Shown: positions 38,178-47,937 of the stretch, one piece after another
Position numbering within the stretch: position 1 is the first letter of the stretch
Layout of the letters: every line of letters starts with the position of its first letter
IMG/VR virus record: IMGVR_UViG_3300046171_000083
Span: 1-55,766 of that record
Source of the DNA: a virus
Lineage: Duplodnaviria > Caudoviricetes
DNA length: 55,766 nt
Strand: one strand, 5' to 3'
The notes under the pieces: model-generated
What the model was told of the DNA's origin: nothing
Database searches by the model: none
The model's input: the letters and a program-made list of their open reading frames with translations, nothing else
Translations under genes and position numbers: made by a program

Positions 38178-38300
38178 CGGCGTAACAAGACGATTTAGTA
38201 AAATAGCTAGACCCCAGAGATTTCAAGGTATTTTCTAAAACTCTGGGATAAATACTTGTATTCTCCGATAGATTGTATAATGTCCTAGTATGGAGATCGC

Positions 38301-38498
38301 ATGGACGCACTAAATCTAGCTGAATACCTCTACAAAAAGTTACGTCAACGCCGTGATGACATACAGGTGTCTTTAGGCACAGGTAACATTGGTTCGTTTG
38401 ATGACTACAAGTATGCAGTTGGGCAGATCAAAGGTTTGACGTTTATGGAAGAAGAAATCAGAACAGCAATGAGAAATATTGAGCTATCAGATGAGTAA
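38301..38498 (+). CDS. Phage hypothetical protein
   Basis: 65 aa, YKYAVGQIKGL motif, GGAG RBS, upstream of GroES. Confidence 0.7.
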   Translation: MDALNLAEYLYKKLRQRRDDIQVSLGTGNIGSFDDYKYAVGQIKGLTFMEEEIRTAMRNIELSDE

Positions 38499-38970
38499 AA
38501 AACTGTATGTGCCTGAAAGTATGGCAAGAAAACCAAAGGATATGGAAAACATTCCTACGCCTATAAAGACTGCTTTTGGAAAAGATAAAGAAGAAAGCAA
38601 GAACGAGAATGATCCTTCTCAAATGGAAGCTTCAGCTTTAGAGCGTCTTCCACAACCAACTGGATACAGAATGTTAATCATTCCGTATTACCCAAGTGAA
38701 AAAACCAAAGGTGGTGTTTATGTTCCTGATGCAGTTAGAGACAGAGAAGCCTTTGCAACAGTAGCAGCATATGTTGTAAAACTTGGCCCCGATGCATACC
38801 AAGACTCCCAGAAATTCCCAACTGGTTCGTGGTGTTCTGAAAAAGATTGGGTTCTTATAGGAAGATATGCGGGAAATAGGTTTAAAGTGGAAGGACTTGA
38901 GGTTCGTATTATAAATGACGATAATATTATAGCTACGATACTTGACCCCAAAGACATTTCGTATGTATAA
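38491..38970 (+). CDS. groES: Co-chaperonin GroES-like protein
   Basis: LPQPTGYRMLI, KTKGGVYVPD, VVKLGP, VLIGRYAG and RIINDDNIIATI. Confidence 0.85.
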   Translation: MSKKLYVPESMARKPKDMENIPTPIKTAFGKDKEESKNENDPSQMEASALERLPQPTGYRMLIIPYYPSEKTKGGVYVPDAVRDREAFATVAAYVVKLGPDAYQDSQKFPTGSWCSEKDWVLIGRYAGNRFKVEGLEVRIINDDNIIATILDPKDISYV

Positions 38971-38993
38971 GATAACAGAGGAGAGTTTTTGTT

Positions 38994-39905
38994 ATGCAGG
39001 CAGAAGCCCAAGAAAAAGAAATTGAAGAAGTAACATCAGTAGAAATAGAAGATGAAAGTCAAGATACTGTTGAGCTTTCTTCAGATAATGAATCTGAAAA
39101 TCAAGAAGATATTCAGAATGAAAGTGATGAACTCACCAATTATAGTGAAAATGTTCAAAAACGTATTAGAAAATTAACTGCTGCTCGTCGCCAAGCTGAA
39201 GAAGAAGCTCAAGCTGCGGTTGAATATATTCAGCAAGTTCAAGCTCAAAACGAAGATTACAAAAAAAGACTTTCTAATTTAGACAAGGGATACATGTCTG
39301 AATATGAGGGAAGAGTTACAACTCAAGAAGCTCAAGCGAAACGTGCATTAGCAGAAGCACATGAAGCAGGAGATTATGAAAAATTAGCAGATGCTCAAAC
39401 AGCAATATCACAAGTTGCTATTGAAAAAGAGCGTCTTCGATTACAAAAACAACGCTCTCAACAGCAAGCTAGACAAGCTCAAATTGAGGCGCAAATGCAA
39501 CAGCAGCAACAACAACAACCGCAGCCTGTTCAGCAACAACGTGATCCAAAATTGGATTCATGGTTGGAAAAGAATACATGGTTTGGCACAGATAAGGTTA
39601 TGACAAGTGCTGCAAGAGCAATTCACGAATCTTTAGTCGCAGAAGAAGGTTTTAATCCTCAAACTGATGATTATTACAAAGAAATAGATCTTCGTATGCG
39701 CCGTGAAATGCCTAATAAGTTTGCTAGTGGCAAGAAAAACGCTCAGTCTGTCACTCCATCTGGGAACGGAACTCGTTCTCTGGTAAATGGGCGGAAAAAA
39801 CAGGTGGATTTGAACCCTGGACAAGTAGCTTTGGCTAAAAAACTAGGTATACCCTTGGAAAAATATGCACAAGAAGTGCAAAAACTAGAGAATCGGAGAG
39901 ATTGA
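38994..39905 (+). CDS. Capsid scaffolding protein
   Basis: Acidic N-terminus, long coiled coil, C-terminal QVALAKKLGIPLEKYA; upstream of the capsid genes. Confidence 0.75.
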   Translation: MQAEAQEKEIEEVTSVEIEDESQDTVELSSDNESENQEDIQNESDELTNYSENVQKRIRKLTAARRQAEEEAQAAVEYIQQVQAQNEDYKKRLSNLDKGYMSEYEGRVTTQEAQAKRALAEAHEAGDYEKLADAQTAISQVAIEKERLRLQKQRSQQQARQAQIEAQMQQQQQQQPQPVQQQRDPKLDSWLEKNTWFGTDKVMTSAARAIHESLVAEEGFNPQTDDYYKEIDLRMRREMPNKFASGKKNAQSVTPSGNGTRSLVNGRKKQVDLNPGQVALAKKLGIPLEKYAQEVQKLENRRD

Positions 39906-40366
39906 TGGCTGATCGTACCTCACGCGAAACACAAACGCGGGAAAGTCAAGAACGTAAAGTTTGGAGGCCAGGAACAGCCTTAGAAGCTCCAGAACCCCCT
40001 TTAGGATATAAGCATCGTTGGATCAGAGAATCAGTGATGGAGTTTGATGACAAAACTAACGTCCATAAGCGGCGGCAAGAAGGATATGATCTCGTTCGTG
40101 CAGAGGAATATCCAGGTTATACAGGTCCAGTTGTAGATGAGGGGCGAAACGCAGGCATCATAGGTGTTGGCGGTTTAGTATTAGCTCGTATTCCGCAAGA
40201 GTTGGCAGATCAACGCAATCAGCACTACCAGAAGACTACACAAAATCAGATGGATGCTGTTGATCGTGATTGGATGCGCGAAAATAACCCTGCGATGCCA
40301 AAAATGGCACCACAACGTAAATCAAGTGTGAGTTTCGGCTCACGACCTAAATCTGATGGAGATTAA
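39905..40366 (+). CDS. Head-module hypothetical protein
   Basis: 153 aa; GYKHRWIR and GGLVLARIP motifs. Confidence 0.7.
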   Translation: MADRTSRETQTRESQERKVWRPGTALEAPEPPLGYKHRWIRESVMEFDDKTNVHKRRQEGYDLVRAEEYPGYTGPVVDEGRNAGIIGVGGLVLARIPQELADQRNQHYQKTTQNQMDAVDRDWMRENNPAMPKMAPQRKSSVSFGSRPKSDGD

Positions 40367-40368
40367 AG

Positions 40369-40944
40369 ATGGCGAATTTAGACGCACCTTTTGGCCTTCG
40401 TCCTGCTCGTACAAGTATAAGCTCTCAACAGCAAAATCGTTACCGAATTGCTGCAAACTATAACACCTCTATTTTTCAGGGTGATCTAGTTGCAATGGTA
40501 ACTGGTGGCGGTATTGAGAGAGTTGCGGCAGGTGGTTCAGGATTTATTCTAGGCGTTTTTAACGGCTGTGAATATACTGATCCAAGCACAGGAAAGCCAA
40601 GATTTTCAAACCACTATCCTGCAAGCACAAATGCGGCTGATATCATGGCTAACGTGATTGATGATCCAAATGCAGTGTTTGAAGTTCAAGCTGATGCTGC
40701 ATTTCCAGTAACAGACTTGGCAGGTAACTACGATATTCTAGCAACAGCAGGAGATACCGTATCTGGTACTTCTCGCATTGAGTTAGAAGTAGGAACTGCG
40801 GATAGTACGGTAGCAACCCTACCACTAAAAGCAATCGATATTTCTCAAGATCCTGAGAATAGCGATGCATCATCGGCAAATACAAATGTAATTGTCAAAA
40901 TTAACAACCACCTGTTCAGTGCTGGCACTGCGGGTCTAGCATAA
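40369..40944 (+). CDS. Putative capsid decoration / minor capsid protein
   Basis: MANLDAPFGLRP, IFQGDLV, GVFNGC; immediately before the MCP. Confidence 0.65.
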   Translation: MANLDAPFGLRPARTSISSQQQNRYRIAANYNTSIFQGDLVAMVTGGGIERVAAGGSGFILGVFNGCEYTDPSTGKPRFSNHYPASTNAADIMANVIDDPNAVFEVQADAAFPVTDLAGNYDILATAGDTVSGTSRIELEVGTADSTVATLPLKAIDISQDPENSDASSANTNVIVKINNHLFSAGTAGLA

Positions 40945-40956
40945 GGAGACTGAGTT

Positions 40957-41865
40957 ATGGCTATTTCAAGATCCCAGCTCGTCAAAGAGCTAGAACCTGG
41001 GCTTAACGCTTTGTTTGGTATAGAGTATGAACGTTACGAAGGTGAACATGCAGAAATCTATGACACAGAGGCATCTGATCGTGCTTTTGAAGAAGAGGTA
41101 ATGCTTGTTGGCTTTGGTAATGCCCCAACCAAAAGCGAAGGTGCAGGTGTACAATTCGATAATGCAAATGAAGCGTTTACTGCTCGTTATTCACACGAAA
41201 CAGTAGCTCTTGCTTTCGCATTAACGGAAGAAGCTGTTGAAGATAATCTGTATGACCGCCTTGGCGCTCGTTATACAAAAGCATTAGCTCGTTCAATGGC
41301 GCACACGAAGCAAATCAAAGCAGCATCTGTTTTAAACAATGCGTTTGATGCAAACTTTACTGGCGGTGACGGTGTTGAGCTATGTTCAACCGTGCACCCA
41401 CTATCTGGTGGTGGTACGTTCCGTAATGAGTTAGCAACTGCTTCTGACCTCAACGAAACTTCACTTGAGAATGCTCTTATTGACATCTCAACATTCGTTG
41501 ATGAACGTAATATGATTGTCGCAATGCGTGGCACTAAGTTGATTATTCCACCACAACTGCAATTTATTGCAGATCGTTTGTTGGAATCAACTCTTCGTGT
41601 TGGTACTGCTGATAATGATGTTAATGCAATCCGTAACATGGGTATGTTACCAGAAGGTTACACTGTTAACCATTTCTTGACAGACCCAGATGCGTTCTTC
41701 ATTAAAACAGACGCTCCAAATGGCTTTAAGCACTTTGAGCGTTCTCCAATGAGAACGAATATGGAAGCAGATTTTGATACAGGAAACATGAGATTCAAAG
41801 CTCGTGAGCGTTATAGCTTTGGCTTTAGCGACCCACGTTGCGTATTTGGTTCCCCTGGAGCATAA
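40957..41865 (+). CDS. Major capsid protein
   Basis: 302 aa, MAISRSQLVKELEPGLNALFG ... KARERYSFGFSDPR; strong AAGGAG RBS; followed by a terminator. Confidence 0.88.
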   Translation: MAISRSQLVKELEPGLNALFGIEYERYEGEHAEIYDTEASDRAFEEEVMLVGFGNAPTKSEGAGVQFDNANEAFTARYSHETVALAFALTEEAVEDNLYDRLGARYTKALARSMAHTKQIKAASVLNNAFDANFTGGDGVELCSTVHPLSGGGTFRNELATASDLNETSLENALIDISTFVDERNMIVAMRGTKLIIPPQLQFIADRLLESTLRVGTADNDVNAIRNMGMLPEGYTVNHFLTDPDAFFIKTDAPNGFKHFERSPMRTNMEADFDTGNMRFKARERYSFGFSDPRCVFGSPGA

Positions 41866-41917
41866 TTTGTGTTAAGATAGAGTATAAGCATTTTTCATGT
41901 TTTTACTCCTTAAACTT

Positions 41918-41946
41918 AGAGGCGGCGCGAGTCGCCTCTTTCTTTT
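41918..41946 (+). terminator. Intrinsic terminator after the MCP
   Basis: AGAGGCGGC-GCGA-GTCGCCTCT followed by TTCTTTT. Confidence 0.8.
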
Positions 41947-42571
41947 AGTATTCTATCTGTTCTGTTGGGTTTAATTGAACGTTAGTTGTAATAGTAATTC
42001 TTGGTTTATCTGTAGGCACAGTAAAATGTTGAAGCCATGCAGGAAAAATCACAAACGATCCAGTTGAGGCATCTAATGTTACCTTTTCATGGTCTTTAAA
42101 AAAATCAAATATATAATTAAGATTAGTATATTTTGTTTCTGCACCGTATCGGTTTATAAAAAAAGTTTTTCCCGCAGGTTCTGGTTGATAAGGAAGTTCA
42201 TAGTAATATATGCAACTAAATGTTATGTCTCGAAAAGCATGGTCGTGTGTCTCTTGAAAGTGTCCGACCTCGTATTGGTTTATCCATGTAGAGCCAATTT
42301 TTATTTCAAAGTTTCGCATAGGTCTTAAAAGTTCAAAGAAACTATCAAAATGTGGGCGCAAAAAGTTAATGTATTGTTCCCAAGGAAGTTCAGAATTCTT
42401 GGTATTTCTAATTGAACTTTTTTGTTTACTTAAACGAAAAGCGTTTTCATCCATAATCTCGTCATTAATATGCGGATCTAATAATCTTTTAATCTCGCTT
42501 TGATCTGACGCATCAAGTTTTCTATGATAAATAGGTGTAGGCCAAACTACAATACTTTGATCTTTTTCCAT
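41945..42571 (-). CDS. 2OG-Fe(II) oxygenase family protein
   Basis: WINQY..GHFQETHDH, FSCIYY, VIFPAWLQH and RITITTN; GGGAG RBS. Confidence 0.85.
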   Translation of the reverse strand: MEKDQSIVVWPTPIYHRKLDASDQSEIKRLLDPHINDEIMDENAFRLSKQKSSIRNTKNSELPWEQYINFLRPHFDSFFELLRPMRNFEIKIGSTWINQYEVGHFQETHDHAFRDITFSCIYYYELPYQPEPAGKTFFINRYGAETKYTNLNYIFDFFKDHEKVTLDASTGSFVIFPAWLQHFTVPTDKPRITITTNVQLNPTEQIEY

Positions 42572-42715
42572 GTTTTTCTCCCTAATTAATGTTTTGATTT
42601 TATATAATTAAGATTAAAAACACTATCTCTTTCTTTTTGTTAAATATGTGGTATTGTGTGGTTATCCCTGACAGCGGCATTGGGCTGCTGACACAACCCA
42701 AGACAGGAGATTGAC

Positions 42716-43177
42716 ATGGGTATTACTACTTTTTCTGGCCCTATAAAGGCAGGAACAATCAAAAATACAACAGGAACAACTCTTGGTTCTGACATTGCAA
42801 ATGTCGGTCAAGTTGTTATGGCACAAACATTTTCAGCAGATTTATCTGGCGGTGCATTAGCCGCGTCTGTTACAAACGTTGTTATTCCTGCAAACTCTCA
42901 GATAATTGACTGTGTTATTGATGTTATTACTGCTGCCAACGCAACAACAAATTTGAGCATCGGTGATACTGTAGGTGGCGCTGCTACTATTTTAAACACG
43001 TTTGCAAGCGGAACAACTGCGGGTCGTAAATATCCAACTACAGAAGCAGGCGCTGCATTAGCTTGGCAAGACACAGGAACAGCGGATATTCGTTTGACTG
43101 TTACTGCTTCTGCCGCAACAAATGCGGGTTTAGTTCGTTTTACAATTCTGTATCAGCAAAACAATAACCTAGCGTAA
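42716..43177 (+). CDS. Virion structural protein
   Basis: MGITTFSGPIKAG, IPANSQI; Thr/Ala-rich; AGGAG RBS. Confidence 0.65.
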   Translation: MGITTFSGPIKAGTIKNTTGTTLGSDIANVGQVVMAQTFSADLSGGALAASVTNVVIPANSQIIDCVIDVITAANATTNLSIGDTVGGAATILNTFASGTTAGRKYPTTEAGAALAWQDTGTADIRLTVTASAATNAGLVRFTILYQQNNNLA

Positions 43178-43189
43178 TAGGAGGCTAGT

Positions 43190-43471
43190 ATGGCAGGTCC
43201 AGTACAAGCATTTAATCATACACAAGGAAGTGCTGCGGCTGTTGTTGGTCCTGCACGTTCACGCATTCGTCAAGTTGTAATATTTGCAGACGCGGCAGGA
43301 GCGTTTACAATTAAAGATGGAAGCGGTTCAGGTGCTACGTTACTTACACAAACATTTCCAACAGGTTATCATCAAATAAACATTCCAGATGATGGAATAC
43401 TTGCCACAAGTGGTGCGTATGTTAGTGCCTTTACAGGAAGTAGTAATCAACTGACGCTATTTCTGTCTTAA
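43190..43471 (+). CDS. Small virion structural protein
   Basis: 93 aa beta-rich, IPDDGIL motif, GGAGG RBS. Confidence 0.65.
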   Translation: MAGPVQAFNHTQGSAAAVVGPARSRIRQVVIFADAAGAFTIKDGSGSGATLLTQTFPTGYHQINIPDDGILATSGAYVSAFTGSSNQLTLFLS

Positions 43472-43480
43472 AGGTGCAAC

Positions 43481-43765
43481 ATGGCTCGTAAAAGAGACAA
43501 AATGCCTGCAAGAAACAAAAAGAATTTCCGCTCCACTAAATCTGGGGCGGGAATGACTAAGGCAGGTGTCGCTTCTTATAGGCGAAAAAACCCAGGATCA
43601 AAGTTAAAAACAGCGGTAACTGGCAAAGTAAAGCCTGGAAGTAAAGCTGCAAAAAGGCGTAAGTCATTTTGCGCTCGTTCCGCAGGTCAAATGAAGAAAT
43701 TTCCAAAAGCAGCTAAAGATCCTAATTCACGTTTAAGACAAGCGAGAAAAAGGTGGAAGTGTTGA
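43481..43765 (+). CDS. Small very basic protein
   Basis: GAGMTKAG, RRKSFCARS and DPNSRLRQARKRWKC. Confidence 0.7.
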   Translation: MARKRDKMPARNKKNFRSTKSGAGMTKAGVASYRRKNPGSKLKTAVTGKVKPGSKAAKRRKSFCARSAGQMKKFPKAAKDPNSRLRQARKRWKC

Positions 43766-43989
43766 GCAAACAAGTCACGATAGCTCTTGCAACAGCCTTT
43801 ATCATAGGTGTTGGTGGTGTTGGCTATAGTTGGGCCGATTGGGTTACAAAAACCCTTATTGCAGTAGACAAAAGAACAGAGGTTATGGCCTCTCAAATTA
43901 GCTTTATTAAAGAACATATGGAGAGAAATTATGGCAATGTCGAGGGCGCAAATGAGCGAACAAGTATCCAAGCCACCTTTAAAGAATAA
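43753..43989 (+). CDS. Small membrane-anchored protein
   Basis: N-terminal TM plus coiled coil; start uncertain. Confidence 0.5.
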   Translation: MEVLSKQVTIALATAFIIGVGGVGYSWADWVTKTLIAVDKRTEVMASQISFIKEHMERNYGNVEGANERTSIQATFKE

Positions 43990-44191
43990 AACGCCAAAAG
44001 GCTTAACTTATTATAGAAAAGGTGGAAAAGCTTCTTCTAAATCAAAAGGTAGTAAGATTTGTCCAGAGGGTAAGGCATGGGCAAAACGTACTTTTGATAC
44101 CTATCCTTCAGCGTATGCAAACATGGCGGCATCTAAATACTGCAAAGACCCCAACTACGCTAAAGGTGCTAAAGGAAAGAAGAAAAAGTAA
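43931..44191 (+). CDS. Small basic protein
   Basis: GGAG RBS; KICPEGKAWAKRTFDTYPSAYAN. Confidence 0.65.
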   Translation: MAMSRAQMSEQVSKPPLKNKTPKGLTYYRKGGKASSKSKGSKICPEGKAWAKRTFDTYPSAYANMAASKYCKDPNYAKGAKGKKKK

Positions 44192-44574
44192 TGGGTGCTC
44201 TTAAAAAATGGAGAGATCAGCAATGGGTGAGGATAGGAACCGATGGTAGTATCAAAGGTCCGTGTGGCACTTCAAAAGATAAAAAGAACCCTGATAGGTG
44301 TCTTCCAAAGAATAAAGCAAATAGTCTTTCAAAGGAAGAAAGAGCATCCACTGCCCGAAAAAAGAAAAGTGCAGGTAAAAAAGGCAAAACAGTCGTTAAA
44401 AACACCAAAGCCGCAGAAGTCAAATTTGCAAAAAAAGGCGGCGAAATCAAACAAACAAAAGCCAAAAGGCCGTTCAAAGGGAAGGCCAAAAAAGGCACAG
44501 CCGTAGCAAGAGGATGCGGTGCAATTATGAAGAATCGACGTAAGCGCACAAAAGGTGCGGTTAAACAATCCTGA
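44191..44574 (+). CDS. Small basic protein
   Basis: MGALKKW..WVRI, two-Cys motif, ARGCGA C-terminal motif. Confidence 0.7.
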   Translation: MGALKKWRDQQWVRIGTDGSIKGPCGTSKDKKNPDRCLPKNKANSLSKEERASTARKKKSAGKKGKTVVKNTKAAEVKFAKKGGEIKQTKAKRPFKGKAKKGTAVARGCGAIMKNRRKRTKGAVKQS

Positions 44575-44587
44575 AAGGAGAATTATT

Positions 44588-44809
44588 ATGGCGATGAAAA
44601 AGAAAGGCTACCGTAGCGGTGGTAAAGTAAAAAGAATGAACAAGGGTGGTGCCGCAGGCGGCAAGAAGCCCAAGAGAATGATGAAGGGTGGAGCCGCAGG
44701 TGGCAAGAAGCCCCGAATGATGAAAAAGGGTGGCGCAACTGGCGGTAAAAAATCACTTGCTGCTGCAAAAGCAGTGCTCCCTACAGGATATAAGATAGTT
44801 AAAAAATAA
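44588..44809 (+). CDS. Lys/Gly/Met repeat microprotein
   Basis: AAGGAG RBS; three MxKGGAAGGKK-type repeats. Confidence 0.65.
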   Translation: MAMKKKGYRSGGKVKRMNKGGAAGGKKPKRMMKGGAAGGKKPRMMKKGGATGGKKSLAAAKAVLPTGYKIVKK

Positions 44810-44811
44810 AT

Positions 44812-45487
44812 ATGCCATATTTACATAGCAATAGTACCCTATTTTAAAGGCATGGGTTCGTCGTGAATATACTCATAACCATGAGGATTATCACGGCGAA
44901 TTTCTACATGCTATGGTTGTTGGCGTTACATCAATGCCAAACAGGTGTCTTAGCTTTCAGGTTATCTTCACTGGTAGTGAAGCTGAAGGTGAAGAGAGGA
45001 TACAGTACACGGTGGAGCAATGTGGGCTAGAATGCCCATAACCGCGTTAGTTGCCGACATTCCCTTAGATGAATGGCCTGAACCAATGGAAACCTATGAT
45101 GCACAGCCTTGGGATTGTGCTTCGTATAATCATGCAGTTTATGTAATAGATCGTGCTACCCCATGCCCTTGGTTGGCAAAGGTAGATGGTCAAATGCATC
45201 CTGCAAAGTATCTTTTTACAGTTGATTACGCAGAGAGCGAGATAGCAGACGATCCTGCACAACACAAACAAAGTCACGTTTTACAACTACTGGACGCGGG
45301 AGAGTGGACAGGTAATATCGTAGCTTTACCAAATAACAGAGTAAGAGTAACGCATCCTGCATGGTTTGCTGCGGGAGAGGGTGCGCCTGACTTTAAACCT
45401 TCACAACATATACACTATTCAAAAAGTGATTTAGACTATACATTAGACGTAAATCGCATTTTTGATAATCTTTATAATGAGGAATAA
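44812..45487 (+). CDS. Phage hypothetical protein (frameshifted in 5' part)
   Basis: ATG 44812 (MPYLHSN); AWVRREYTHNH segment in another frame; continues as the ORF at 45020-45487. Confidence 0.6.
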
Positions 45488-45489
45488 AA

Positions 45490-46159
45490 ATGGCTGTATC
45501 AGGATCAACCGACTTTGAATTAGATGTAGCTGAATACATAGAAGAAGCTTTTGAGCGTTGTGGTTTAGAAGCTCGTACAGGTTATGACCTAAAAACAGCT
45601 AAAAGATCTCTTAATCTTAATGCTTGCTGATTGGGCAAATCGTGGTCTTAATCAGTGGACTATAAAACAAAGAACTCAAACTGTTACTTCTTCAGACGGA
45701 GAGTATGATTTAGGGACAGATGTTATAGATGTTTTGTCAGTTGTTGTTCGTAGAAGCGGGACGGATTACACAATGGATAGAATTAGTCGTGATGAATATC
45801 TTGCAATTCCCACAAAAACAACTACTGGAAGGCCAACTCAATTTTTTTTAGATAGGCAGATAACTCCAAATTTAAAAATATGGCCTCTTCCAGATAATAG
45901 TACAGATGTTTTGGTCTATGATTCTTTAACCAGAATTAATGATGCCGATAACCAAGTTAATACAATGGATGTACCGTTTAGATTTTATCCATGTTTAGCC
46001 GCAGGACTAGCTTATTATATGTCTTTAAAACGTGCTCCAGACAGAATCCAACTATTAAAATCAGTATATGAAGAAGAAATGAGAAGAGCGATTGATGAGG
46101 ACAGGGACCGCGCTTCTTTTCAAATTACACCTAGTTTGAGGAACTATAGAATTGTCTAA
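45490..46159 (+). CDS. Head-tail adaptor-like protein (frameshift near 45619)
   Basis: MAVSGSTDFELDVAEYIEEAFERCG..AKRSLNL joins MLADWANRG after removing one A. GRPTQFF and LKIWPLPD motifs. Confidence 0.7.
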
Positions 46160-46625
46160 ATTTGCAACAGGGAAGCATGCTTTTGGCATATCAGACCGAT
46201 CTGGCTTCAGGTATCGGTTAAAAAATATGCGCAAAGAGTGGAATGGCTTACTTGTTGGCAGAGATGAATGGGAAGAAAAACACCCTCAATTACAACCACT
46301 TAGGGCTATTCCTGACCCTCAAGCAATAAAAGACCCAAGACCAGAACAGAATTTAGAAGAACAAAGAGACATACAATATGGCTATGATCCTGTTGGCTTT
46401 AGGGACATACTTGGAATTACACCTGCAAATAATCTTGTTGCGCAGGGTGGAGTTGGAACTGTTATAATAACAACGACTACATCTGTCTCAGGAGTAACGG
46501 TTAGTCCAACAGGTGTACAAGGAACAATTTCTATTAATAGTGTGACCGTAATTGATGACGCAGGAACTTTTGATAGCACTAGTGAAACATTAGATTCAAC
46601 TGCACAAACATACGATGAGGGGTAA
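46152..46625 (+). CDS. Virion-associated hypothetical protein
   Basis: SDRSGFRY...KHPQL..PDPQA..DPRP followed by a Thr/Val-rich tail. Confidence 0.65.
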   Translation: MSKFATGKHAFGISDRSGFRYRLKNMRKEWNGLLVGRDEWEEKHPQLQPLRAIPDPQAIKDPRPEQNLEEQRDIQYGYDPVGFRDILGITPANNLVAQGGVGTVIITTTTSVSGVTVSPTGVQGTISINSVTVIDDAGTFDSTSETLDSTAQTYDEG

Positions 46626-46628
46626 AAG

Positions 46629-47282
46629 ATGGCAAAACAAATAGTAGGCATTGGTTCTTCTGCAAACGATGGAAACGGTGATACCCTTCGTGTAGGTGCA
46701 GATAAAATCAACGATAACTTTAATGAGATTTATGCTGCGTTAGGTAATAGTTCTAATGTTCTTACTGATATTATAGATGCCAATGGTGTTATAGATGTAA
46801 GCTCTGGTGCAAACAAAATTGTATTTTACTATGCCAATCTAAGTGATCTTCCAAGTGCCTCAACATATCATGGCGCAGTAGCCCATGTTCATGCAACTGG
46901 AGGATTGTATTTCGCGCATGGCGGGGCATGGATTCGTCTAAATGATGAGACAACTGGCCCTGTAACTAAATACACCGCAGGAACAAGCGGTTCATCTGCA
47001 TATACCTTTACTGGCCCTGGAGCTACTGCGGGTAACAATCCAAACTTTACTTTCTATAAAGGGCACACCTATTTAATTGACAATACGGCTAACGTAGGAA
47101 GTCATCCTTTACAGATTAGAACATCTAACGGTGGCTCTGCTTTTACTACGGGTGTTACAGACAACTATAACTCAACAACAGGACTGACACAATTTATTGT
47201 GCCACATGAACCCAGTGATACATCCTTAGTCTATCAATGTACTAGCCATAGTGCTATGGTAGGAAATATAACAATAGTGTGA
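46629..47282 (+). CDS. Virion fibre/spike-like protein
   Basis: N-terminal GSSANDGNGDTLR..KINDNFNEIY motif; C-terminal HPLQI...LVYQCTSHSAMVG cupredoxin-like motif. Confidence 0.65.
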   Translation: MAKQIVGIGSSANDGNGDTLRVGADKINDNFNEIYAALGNSSNVLTDIIDANGVIDVSSGANKIVFYYANLSDLPSASTYHGAVAHVHATGGLYFAHGGAWIRLNDETTGPVTKYTAGTSGSSAYTFTGPGATAGNNPNFTFYKGHTYLIDNTANVGSHPLQIRTSNGGSAFTTGVTDNYNSTTGLTQFIVPHEPSDTSLVYQCTSHSAMVGNITIV

Positions 47283-47286
47283 CACC

Positions 47287-47937
47287 ATGAGCTTTACATA
47301 CGCACAACTTAAAACGGCTATACAAGATTATACAGAAAACAACGAAACATCGTTTGTGACCAATATTCCTTTGTTCATAAGACAATCTGAAGAAAGAATA
47401 TTAAAAAACGTTCAATTAAGTATATTTAGAAAAAATGTTGCGGCGACAACTACGGCATCAAATAAATATTTAGCTTGCCCTTCTGATTTTTTAGCACCTT
47501 TTTCTTTAAGTTTATCAGGTTCAAATGGCAATAAATTTTTTATAGATTTTAAAGATCCTAGTTTTTTGCAAACTTATACGCCGAACCCTACTACAACAGG
47601 TGCTCCACGATATTATGCTCAATTTGATGTAAACAATTTTTTGTTAGGGCCGACACCAGATGCAGCCTATAATGCCGAGCTTCATTATTTTCATAGACCT
47701 GCAAGTTTAACTGTAGGAGCAGATAGCGGCACTACATGGTTAAGTATAAATGCAGAGATAGCATTATTATATGGTGCATTAACAGAAGCTTACGTTTATA
47801 TGAAGGGTGAGCAAGATATGATGGCGGTTTACGATAAAAGGTTCCAAGAATCTTTAGCAGGCGTTAAAATGTTGGGAGAAGCTAAAGATACAACAGACGA
47901 ATATAGAACAGGTAAAGTGATAAGGGCGAAACAATAA
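47287..47937 (+). CDS. Tail tubular / adaptor-like protein
   Basis: TYAQLKTAIQDY, GAPRYYA, LGPTPD and ALLYGALTEA. Confidence 0.7.
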   Translation: MSFTYAQLKTAIQDYTENNETSFVTNIPLFIRQSEERILKNVQLSIFRKNVAATTTASNKYLACPSDFLAPFSLSLSGSNGNKFFIDFKDPSFLQTYTPNPTTTGAPRYYAQFDVNNFLLGPTPDAAYNAELHYFHRPASLTVGADSGTTWLSINAEIALLYGALTEAYVYMKGEQDMMAVYDKRFQESLAGVKMLGEAKDTTDEYRTGKVIRAKQ

